Below are positions 9,177 through 17,531 of a stretch of DNA of 32,000 nt, in pieces. Location: NCBI GenBank assembly GCA_951812855.1, contig OX638337.1:1080001-1112000 (forward strand). Direction: 5' to 3'. A program made the position numbers and the translations under genes. The notes beneath the pieces were generated by a model. That model did not search any database. It was not told where the DNA came from and saw only the letters and a program-made list of their open reading frames with translations. The DNA is from an uncultured Lentisphaeria bacterium (GTDB taxonomy: Bacteria; Verrucomicrobiota; Lentisphaeria; JABSQK01; JAJFLO01). Every line of letters begins with the position of its first letter. The stretch's first letter is position 1.

Positions 9177-9752
9177 ATGAACAATGTAAAATCTGTAAAT
9201 AAATCGCTAACCCTAACCGCAAGCCTTATTGTGTTTTTAGGCTCCTTCAGTCTATTTGCCAGTAACACCCTGACTCAAGGCTTAAAAGATTCAGTCCAAA
9301 AGATAGTCAAGTCCTCAACAGAGCAAATAAAAGACCTGTCAAGTCTTGTAAAGGAAAATCGCAGTCAACTGTCTGATATCATTGCCTTTTACATAAAAGA
9401 AGCCGGTATTAAAAATAGCCAAATAAGCAACCTGATTGCACAGATAGCAAACAACGCAGGAATATCCAATAGTGAAGCAGTTGAAGTTGCTGATAGCGTA
9501 ACAAAGTCTTTAGGCCTGAGTAGTTCTCAATCGGAAAGTATAATTAATCTTGTTAGAATCAATAACAATAGCAGTACGTTGAGCATCGCCGGCCAAAAAA
9601 CTACTAATGCCGTTCTCGGCTACAAAGGCGAAAACAGTGCATCAAATTTCATGAAAGAGGCCAAAACCAAAGAGGCAGCCCTTGCTGTTGCTGATGAGAT
9701 TGAACAAAAAGAGCTGTTGCGTAGACGCAGAAGAGTTAGTGAACCGAGATAA
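9177..9752 (+). CDS. Secreted hypothetical protein with three tandem 18-aa repeats and a poly-Arg C-terminus
   Basis: AAGGAG lies 8 nt upstream of the ATG. Signal-peptide-like N-terminus (LTLTASLIVFLGSFSLFA), repeats xG[IL]x[NS]S[QE] at codons 76-129, and the ending LLRRRRRVSEPR. Confidence 0.6.
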   Translation: MNNVKSVNKSLTLTASLIVFLGSFSLFASNTLTQGLKDSVQKIVKSSTEQIKDLSSLVKENRSQLSDIIAFYIKEAGIKNSQISNLIAQIANNAGISNSEAVEVADSVTKSLGLSSSQSESIINLVRINNNSSTLSIAGQKTTNAVLGYKGENSASNFMKEAKTKEAALAVADEIEQKELLRRRRRVSEPR

Positions 9753-9811
9753 GAGCCATTTATAATGGTAAAAGTGGTTTAGCTAGCTTAGTAAAGATAA
9801 AAAGTCATTCT

Positions 9812-9846
9812 AAAAAGGAGTTTTTTGGTAAAAAAAACTCCTTTTT
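9812..9846 (+). terminator. Rho-independent-type terminator hairpin
   Basis: AAAAAGGAGTTTTTT (9812-9826), loop GGTAA, AAAAAACTCCTTTTT (9832-9846) form a 15-bp perfect stem with a U-rich 3' arm, 60 nt after the stop at 9752. Confidence 0.6.
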
Positions 9847-9935
9847 CATGTAAGAATATAATTAAAATCTTGTGCTCCTTACTTAATATTTTTCCGTGAT
9901 GCCCCCAAAGAATAATCAATCTAATATTTAATTCA

Positions 9936-11267
9936 ATGAGTAATATATCAAATTATAAAATCAGTCGGTTAAAGTTTCCTTTAATTGATTTAATTTCACG
10001 TTATTTAGCATATTTCGCGAGAATTATTTGTACCCTTTATTTTGTAATAATTTTTACTGGGGTTTCATTAGCTCGGGAGATCAATATTCGTGCTGGGAAT
10101 TTTGAAATAAACCCATCATTCGGAATTACTCAGGAATTTAATTCAAATTTTTTTTCCGAGGATAACAGTAGCGAAGAACAACCAGATTCTGAGGAAACAA
10201 TAATCTATACTCCACGATTAAGGATAAAATATCCCGGTAGAAATCTTATACTTGAATTCGACTACATGTCTGATATTAAACGCAACCGCTATTTTTCAAT
10301 TAGCGAGGATACTGAAGATCAAAACGTATTTGTAGGAGTCGGGCTAATCTCTCCGGGACAAAGGCTGAAATTAACATTGTCGAATCAGTTTTTAGAAACC
10401 AGAGATCCCTCATCAATTGACATACGTGATGCTCTGATAAATCGTGCGGATCGCGTGGAAAATATCATTAAAGCAAAAATTGATTTCAAGCTGACTGAGT
10501 TATTCAAATTGGTCTTCAAGGTTTCCCACGAAAATAATAGGTTTTCTGAACGTGCTTTTGAAGAAGAAAATACTCAGACCCTATTCTATAATTCATCTTT
10601 GTTTTACCAATTCCTGCCGAAAACATCCGCAACCATTATGTACGAAGTTGAATCGATCATTTACCCTGATTCACACGTCATCGTTCCTTCAGCTAAAACT
10701 GATGGAACTTATAGAAGAACTATTGGTAACTTCAATACATTAGCTCAGTCAATCCGAACGGGACTTTCATTTGATGCTACTGCTAAGTTGTCCGGTGATG
10801 TCACCTTCGGTTACATCACAAAAAAACCAACCCAGTCTACCACTGGTACTAGTAAAATAGTTAAGAGTTTTAGCGAATTTGCGTTTGATGCTGATTTAAC
10901 CTGGAAAATTAGAGAACGCACTACTCTCATAGCAGAAGCAAAACGTACAATTGACAATGTAATAACCGGATCCGGATCCTTCATTACAAGAAGTGGTATT
11001 GCATTGGGACTAAGCCAGGAAATACTCGACAAATTCACATTGTATCTTAAATCGATTTATATTAATAGTGAGTATAACAGAGATAATGAGGGGAATAAAA
11101 GAAACGATAATCTGTATGGGCTTGGCATTAGTCTGGCTTATGACATCCAGCAATGGATTGAGATAAAGCTATCTTATCAGCACAAAAACAACTTATCCAA
11201 TAGTAAATTTAACGAGAATGAATACAGAAGCAATGAGTGGATTTTCAATATCAATGCGTTATTTTAA
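9936..11267 (+). CDS. Outer-membrane beta-barrel protein of the polysaccharide export locus (EpsL-like by context)
   Basis: 443 aa with a signal-like hydrophobic segment, alternating-polarity strands throughout, a C-terminal aromatic residue (NINALF), and a position directly upstream of the Wza/Wzc-type genes. Confidence 0.6.
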   Translation: MSNISNYKISRLKFPLIDLISRYLAYFARIICTLYFVIIFTGVSLAREINIRAGNFEINPSFGITQEFNSNFFSEDNSSEEQPDSEETIIYTPRLRIKYPGRNLILEFDYMSDIKRNRYFSISEDTEDQNVFVGVGLISPGQRLKLTLSNQFLETRDPSSIDIRDALINRADRVENIIKAKIDFKLTELFKLVFKVSHENNRFSERAFEEENTQTLFYNSSLFYQFLPKTSATIMYEVESIIYPDSHVIVPSAKTDGTYRRTIGNFNTLAQSIRTGLSFDATAKLSGDVTFGYITKKPTQSTTGTSKIVKSFSEFAFDADLTWKIRERTTLIAEAKRTIDNVITGSGSFITRSGIALGLSQEILDKFTLYLKSIYINSEYNRDNEGNKRNDNLYGLGISLAYDIQQWIEIKLSYQHKNNLSNSKFNENEYRSNEWIFNINALF

Positions 11268-11569
11268 TTAAAGAACAAAATATTACAGCTAAAATGCATT
11301 GACATAAAAAAATATTTCATTATCCTTCTAAGAGGGGAACGCTATATGGATGTTATCAAATAATCAAGCAAGCACTACCTACCAGAAGATTTTCTTTATA
11401 GTTCATTTCTCTCATTTTGATTCTGAATCTTTATCTTATCCGACAAAAATATTAAAATGTAGGCAGATTTTACATTTTAATCGACAAAGCTAACTGGCTG
11501 TAGAGTGGACCCATCCTGTGTCAAAAATCTGATATCTTAAATAGTCATCAATAACAGGTTTTCAGTCAG

Positions 11570-12421
11570 TTGTGTTACATATTAAAATTTATCCTTTACT
11601 TTTTACTCTTCGCTTTTAATTTTATTTAGTTTTTTTTCTATTAATCATTTACTATTAGCTGAATCAGAGGACGATTATCAGATCGGGGGAAAAGATGTTT
11701 TTGGAATCATCGTCTACAATGAGCCGGATTCATCTAAAGAAGCGATTAGGGTATTGCTGGACGGCTATGTCAATTTTCCATTAGTTGGGAAATTGAATGT
11801 AAAGGGACTGACTTCTAGCCAAATAGAGGAAAAACTGCAAAACCTAATGGCTAACGGTTATATTCTTAACCCTCAGGTGTCAGTATTGGTTATGGAGTAT
11901 GGCAGCAGAAAGGTATTTGTTTTAGGAGCAGTAAAAAATACAGCGAGTTACGAACTTAGAGGAAAGAGAACTCTGTTGGAAATAATATCAAAGGGGGGGG
12001 GATAAAAAAGCAGGAGGTAATTTTCTTATTCTCCGCAAGGCTGAGAAGGGCTCGAATCTATCATTGTTAACCGAAAGCAATTGATTAATAAGGGGAATTT
12101 ATCACGAAACATTACCCTAAAAAATAATGATAGCGTTTATATAACTAATAGCCGATGTAATTTACGTTCTGGGAGAAATCAAAAGTCCCGGAACTTATGA
12201 ACTAACTGATAATAATCGAACTGTACTCTCAGCAATTACTCATGCCAGTGGTGTCACAAAAATAGCTGCACCCAAAAAAAACAAAAATTATTCGGCTTAA
12301 CAATGGCATCCCAAAGAGGATACTTGTCAATCTCGAGGATGTAATCAAACGTGGCCAAAAATCCAAAGATATCGAATTTAAACCGAAAGATGTCATCATT
12401 GTTCCTCAAGGAATTTTTTAG
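11570..12421 (+). pseudogene. Wza/Poly_export-type polysaccharide export protein, disrupted by at least 5 frameshifts
   Basis: The segments read in shifting frames. Signal-like MCYILKFILYFLLFAF, then EDDYQIGGKDVF...LDGYVNFPLVGKLNVKGLTSSQIEEKLQNLMANGYILNPQVSV...TLLEIISKGGG, DKKAGGNFLILRK, LINKGNLSRNITLKNNDSVYI, ADVIYVLGEIKSPGTYEL...SGVTKIAAPKK and IIRLNNG...KDVIIVPQGIF. Stops fall at 11627, 12003, 12082, 12198 and 12298. Confidence 0.8.
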
Positions 12422-12451
12422 CAATTCTGTGAATGGTGATAAAAAATTAAA

Positions 12452-14679
12452 ATGAATTTGATTCAACAAGAAGAAAACTGGGAAAGAGAAATTAATCTTA
12501 GGAATTACCTACGGGTCATCCGTAAGCGCAAACGGGTTATTTTTTTTATATTCCTTATCGTGGTAATTAGCGTTACGACACACACGTTCAAAATTCGACC
12601 CGAATACCGGGCGGTAGTCCGACTTCTTATAGGCAAAGAAAATCCGAATATTGTTTCGTTTGACGAAGTATTATCAATTGACGGCAGAAGTGCTGAATAT
12701 TATCAAACCCAATTTAAGATCATTAAGAGTCGAAGCATTATTGATAAGGTCATCAAGCAATTGAATCTTGAAAAGGAATTTGATGAATTACAAGAAAAAG
12801 AGAAGAAAACCAAATCTCTTTCTGATGCATTATCAGCATTTACTAAGTCCGTAATTCATTCATTAGAGTCCGTATTAAAAAAAGACCAGGAGCTGCCAAA
12901 CTTAGATTACAAAACCGACCCTGCCATGATAAGCGATGCAACGGACAGAAAAGCAGAACTGCTGTATCGGGAAACTATCAAACCATTAACTGTTAAGCCA
13001 ATAGCCGGTTGATCGATTTAGAATACACAGGATACGATCCGCAAAAAATCAGTAAGATTGTCAATGCAGTTGCCCGAATATATATCGAACAGAATTTAGA
13101 AAACAGACTCTATGCCTCTGAAGATGCTGCAATATGGCTTGATGAGCGATTAACCTCAATGCAGGAAAAAGTTGAAAACTCGGAACGAGCTCTGCAAATC
13201 TACAGTAAAAATGCCGGAGTCACATCAATTGAAGATAAACGAAAAATTTTGGATTTACAATTGGTAGAATTCAATACAGAATTGACCCTTGCTACAAAAA
13301 AGAGGGTAAAACTAGAACAAAAATATAAAAATTCTCAGAATCCTGAATTTGCCAACTCCCTTTCAGAAGTCATTAGTAATCAACTCATCCAGAATCTTTA
13401 TAAAGACCTGTCTATTTTGAAGGGTAAAGAATCGGAACTGAAGGAAAAATACGGATTAAGACATCCAAAAATGATTCGGATTATCTCTCAAATAAATCAG
13501 ATTAATAAAATCATTTCCACCGAAATAGAGAAAATACATGACAGCATTCACACTGACTATCAGCTGGCTTTAATTGAAGAGCGGTCATTAATAGACGCAT
13601 TGAAAAAATTTCGGGATGAATCGGCATTTCTCAACGAAAAATCGATTCGTTATAGTGTTCTCAAAAGAGAAGCAGCCAGTAATCCGCAGATGTATGAATT
13701 ACTCCTGAAACGATTGAAAGAAACTGACTTATCACAAGGATTGCGTTCAAATAACATTCGTGTTATTGATCCAGCAGTTCCCCCGTTAGAACCATTTAAA
13801 CCGAATAAGAAACAAAATATTCTGATCGGTATCATTCTGGGCTTATTTTCTGGGTCTGGGCTTGGCATTTTTTATTGAATATTTAGACAACACAGTCAAA
13901 GAACCCGACGAAATATCCCTAAAATTCGGCATTCCCCTTTTAGGCTCGGTTGAAAGTCATCTAGTAGAAGGGGGAAAATTATCCACAATTGAAAAAAATG
14001 AATCTACATCAATAAAATTAATCGCCTACAATGACCCTTCCTCAAACATATCTGAGAGTTTACGGAGCATTCGTAACAACGTCATATTTTCGGCTGATGG
14101 TGATAAAGATATAGTGTTTATGGTAACTTCCTCCCTTCCGGGTGAAGGCAAGACAACAATCGCTGCTAACCTTGCCATTATTATGGCCTCACTTGGAGAA
14201 AGAGTATTACTCATTGACGCCGACCTTCGGCAATCCTCAATTCACGAACTCCTGCAAGTTCCAAAAACGCCCGGAGTATCATCCTATTTGACTAGGAAAA
14301 AGAAATCAATCAAATAATAATTGATACCCCAATCAATAATTTATCGGTTATTCCCAGCGGTATTACGCCACCAAATCCTTCTGAATTACTAAGTGAACCC
14401 CAAATGAAGGTATTATTAGACTATGCAAGGGAACATTATGATCGAGTTATTGTTGACACTCCACCCGTCGTATCTGTTACCGATCCTATGATTATAAGTA
14501 GACAGGCACAAGCAGTTATTTTCGTAATTCGATGTGGCATTACCCCTCGAGATGCAGTTTCCAAGTCTATCCAGCAACTGCAACAGGTGAAAGCGAATAT
14601 TATGGGTGCTGTTTTCAATGGTATTGACTTAGGTAAAGATTCCTATTACTATCAGTATTATTCCAAACAACAATTATAA
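12452..14679 (+). pseudogene. Wzc/GumC-type chain-length determinant fused to a BY-tyrosine kinase, split into 4 ORFs by 3 frameshifts
   Basis: 742 codons in total. Wzz-like N-terminus with a TM, coiled coil, second TM (ILIGIILGLFSGSGLGI), Walker A SSLPGEGKTT, Walker A' LLIDADLRQ, Walker B RVIVDTPP, and a C-terminal Tyr cluster DSYYYQYY. Breaks are at about 13010, 13870 and 14295. Confidence 0.85.
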
Positions 14680-14884
14680 ATCTAACGATAACGAAGAAGA
14701 AATAACGCATTCTACGGCCTGAGAAAATATTCAAATCCTATATTTATTGATATTTCGCATTTATAAATAACGAGATTAATCCCTGTATGTAAATCCTTCC
14801 ATTTAATGTTACCGTAAAAAGTTAACATAAGAAGTGGTTGGCATCTGGCAATTAGATCCAGGCTGAGTATTAGTATTTTGGGTT

Positions 14885-15137
14885 ATGGACTTGCCGCCCC
14901 TTTTTGGGGATCACCGACAATGAGAAAATTCCGATGGTCTAACGTATTGTACTCCATCCGAAAGGCCTCTGACCTGCCCCCATTTACCGGACCAAAGTTA
15001 AAGAGAGTTCAGTTGAGTCTGAAGTGCCCCCAACCCATGCTGATGCATGGCCCGGGGCAGTGGCAGAACGTCGACCTGCATAGCCTCCAGAGGCGGCACT
15101 CCGGCCGGGACGTCAAACCCCGAATGCCATTCCCGGG
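14885..15137. other. G+C-rich block A of foreign composition; no convincing protein frame; function unknown
   Basis: Hand counts are 35/60 G+C for 15001-15060 and 40/60 for 15061-15120, against about 20/60 in typical coding lines. Nested complementary segments lie at 15047-15057/15118-15130 and 15068-15072/15109-15113. Confidence 0.4.
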
Positions 15138-15204
15138 AAAATTCTTCAGTGTTAGATTATTTAGAGTCTATCTTATAAAGTGTAACATATTTGAGTTAAA
15201 TAAC

Positions 15205-15293
15205 ATGTGCCCCGAATTATATTGTTATATGGACATTAATAATTGGTCATAATGTCCAGAAATAACAATTATAATCGAAAAAGAAGGGCACAT
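15205..15293. repeat. Long imperfect palindrome (about 32 potential base pairs, 11-nt apical loop)
   Basis: Paired arms are ATGTGCCC (15205-12) with GGGCACAT (15286-93); CGAATTAT (15213-20) with ATAATCG (15271-77), which leaves one bulged A; ATTGTTAT (15221-28) with ATAACAAT (15262-69); and TGGACATTA (15230-38) with TAATGTCCA (15250-58). Confidence 0.7.
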
Positions 15294-15325
15294 ATTAGAA
15301 CCTGTTATACTCTTCCAGCCTGAAC

Positions 15326-15936
15326 TTGTCACTGCAATACCGGAAGTTGTCAATAATAAAGAGTTTACTCAAATATTGTGAATTACTTACAGGGATTGAC
15401 AATATTTTAACGAAGAGCAGAATCGAAACACGATTTATCCAACGTCATGTTAACCATGTCCAGAGCAAAAGACAAAAATTTAAGAAAGACCAGAATGTTC
15501 AGTTATCACGAAAAGAAATGAAACGTTGTGCAGAGTATGCAGTTCAGGCGTTGCACTGCAAGATTGTCGGGATAATTTTACAAAAATCATTACGTGGTTT
15601 AAGTCGTTGATCAGTCGAGAGTCCAGTCTTGCAACGTTTTTGTCGAACAAATGACTTGGTAAAAGTACGAAGGTTGTTTGATTATTGTAATTGTTTTCCT
15701 GTGGAAATGGTCAGTGAGTGTGTCGATAAGCTCACTAAAGCCGCAACAAGTCAGGATAATGCCTTAGAGTCTGTCAATATTCTTGACAGTCAGGATATTT
15801 ATATTTGAACTGTACCTGTTTAGAAAGTAACATTCATTTTCCTGTTGATCGGCTTTTATTACGTGACAGTGTTCGTACCCTCATAAAATCAATTCTTGTG
15901 ATTCGCTCCTGCGGTCTTCGTCATCGTATATGGTGA
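15326..15936 (+). mobile_element. Degraded IS4/IS5-superfamily DDE transposase remnant (frameshifted, 3'-truncated)
   Basis: By stitching frames one can read LQRFCRTNDLVKVRRLFDY...ALESVNILDSQDIYI, then CLESNIHFPVDRLLLRDSVRTLIKSILVIRSCGLRHRIW. The xNIHFPVDxLLLRD block is the first-Asp region of DDE_Tnp_1-type transposases as I recall them. No intact ORF exists and the rest of the catalytic domain is missing. Confidence 0.55.
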
Positions 15937-16016
15937 TATCTGGACAACTGATATACAGAAAAGTCGTCCTGAATATTATCGTGCATCAAGGCTGTCGATT
16001 TTGATGCTTTTTGTTC

Positions 16017-16581
16017 CTATGTTTTGATACTGATTTCGAGTAATCGCTCAGCTTCCTCTATCGAGGGGGCATTGAAGGTATCCCGAATATCCTGTGCGAT
16101 CCCACTGCACATTTCTTTCCTCGATACGTAAGCCGTGGCATTGTGCTGAAGGTGAACTTGGCAGCATTGCCGGTAGCTGCTGACCTGAGTTCCACACAGA
16201 GTTTTCATAATCTGCGTTACTTTTCGTGTCGAGACACCTTGACTATACATTTCTGCTGAAGCCGGGTTTAGAGCCCGTTCGCTGCGTTGTCTTTGCTCAA
16301 GAGCTGAAGAATAAAAGCCTTCTTCTTCTCTAACCTGAGGAATCTGAAGGTCCCGTTTTCCCAGGCGGGGACTCAAGCACTTAGGTTTAAATCCATTGGC
16401 ATGACATTCACGTTCCGCGGTTCTTTCCAGGGTTGGGCATCGATAAATTCGGAACGTTCAATTTTCACAGCCTTGTTTAGCAGCATAGCAAAAGCTAAGC
16501 TGTTCCCATTCCTTCAAGTGCGTTTTTAAGTATTGCCTGCACAGCTTCGGTTATACTATTATTATTTTCATTGTGGGTCAT
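16017..16581 (-). mobile_element. Degraded IS256-family (Transposase_mut) transposase remnant: at least 2 frameshifts plus an internal deletion of the DDE core
   Basis: MTHNENNNSITEAVQAILKNALEG, then LLNKAVKIERSEFIDAQPW, then ERTAERECHANGFKPKCLSPRLGKRDLQIPQVRE...AEMYSQGVSTRKVTQIMKTLCGTQVSS. This joins directly to YRQCCQVHLQHN...APSIEEAERLL. Compare IS256 MYVSGVSTRKVSKIVEELCG and WQRCQVHFLRN. Roughly 130 aa between these blocks are absent. Confidence 0.8.
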
Positions 16582-16719
16582 AATTAGAATCCTTTGTTTA
16601 TTGGGTACAAAAAAAGAATAATTCATCATGACCTGCGTTTTTATCAACTCAAAAATTTTCCCCCTGGGTAAAACATTCTCTGCTGGTTGTTAGATCAGAC
16701 AATACTGCTTGTCCTGTCT

Positions 16720-16850
16720 AACCCCTCCGCAATGCCCGGCCTGTCGGCCCAACCGATTGCTGCTGAAACCGCCCGGGTCCCCCTCCGGTCATGCACCGAG
16801 AGAAGTGAAATTACAGAACGAAAGTTACACCCCCGTTTTGTATCGCCTCC
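16720..16850. other. G+C-rich block B of foreign composition, immediately 5' of the IS256-like remnant on the minus strand
   Basis: The sequence is ACCCCTCCGCAATGCCCGGCCTGTCGGCCCAACCGATTGCTGCTGAAACCGCCCGGGTCCCCCTCCGGTCATGCACC. No frame on either strand looks protein-like. The composition is unlike the host. Confidence 0.35.
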
Positions 16851-16909
16851 CTACGTAAATTAAATCGTATTTGATGTGAGAAAGATCATTAATTTTAAAA
16901 GGGTCTAGA

Positions 16910-17404
16910 TCAATTGAATGTGGGAGGACCATAATTCGCTTTGGGGAAATCGACTCCAACATCATGTTTTCTTTCATCTCCCCCTGGAACTGTAATCAAG
17001 GCCGCCTTATGAAATATTGATTTTAATAATGACCTGATCAGTCTCTGTTTCCAACCATTGCCAATAAAACCAAAATGAATTGGAATACTGTTGTGTCCTC
17101 TACTAATAATTCCATATGGAATAGAATTAAACGAGAGGAAAACAGCTGTCTGACCTTCGTTTAAAAGACGGCGACATGTAAAATACATTTGCTGTAATCG
17201 GAATGTTAAAGGGAATTTAGAGACTGTATGATGATTGAACTTCTGGATTTGATTTAGAGACGTTGGTAACGAATTTCTTATGATATGAATCTCATTAATT
17301 AAAGGATGATCTGCAAGCGGTCTCAAATGATGAATCATTTGAGCGTCCGATACCTGAATACAACAACCGATTTTTAAACGTCTGGAATGACTCTCTGTAT
17401 TCAT
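16910..17404 (-). pseudogene. N-terminal half of a GT-B fold (GT4-like) glycosyltransferase, truncated at the inter-domain region
   Basis: 164 aa. The layout is Rossmann-like (RLKIGCCIQV..., IPIHFGFIGNGW..., AALITVPGG) and ends where GT4 enzymes normally continue into the C-terminal nucleotide-sugar domain. Transposase debris follows. Confidence 0.4.
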
Positions 17405-17531
17405 TGGGCTCGTACAATCAAATGATTACTTAATATAAAAGTCAATAATTAATTTATGTTACTATCTGTTACATTTTGTCCTGACTGGATCATGTGAATT
17501 TTTCAGATGAATCAGCGTGGCTAAAAACAGG

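Noticed and set aside
9711-9752. The C-terminal RRRRRVSEPR of the secreted repeat protein as a PEP-CTERM sorting signal
   Set aside because: PEP-CTERM has PEP, then a TM helix, then a basic cluster. Here the order is reversed and there is no TM helix.
12254-12469. A 71-aa minus-strand ORF spanning the Wza 3' end and the Wzc start
   Set aside because: It is antisense to recognisable Wza C-terminal sequence (KDVIIVPQGIF) and crosses an intergenic gap. I consider it a shadow ORF.
14878-15252. A 124-aa ORF across G+C-rich block A
   Set aside because: It has a TTG start, no ribosome-binding site and an Arg/Pro/Cys/Trp-rich translation that runs on into the AT-rich palindrome. It looks like a chance ORF in G+C-rich DNA and is reported as a compositional anomaly instead.
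14885-16850. The idea that the two G+C-rich blocks are the ends of a group II intron, or a known RNA (RNase P, tmRNA, SRP)
   Set aside because: I could find no GUGYG 5' end, no domain V-like AGC...GNRA...hairpin on either strand, and none of the conserved RNase P, tmRNA or SRP core strings. No reverse-transcriptase ORF is present.
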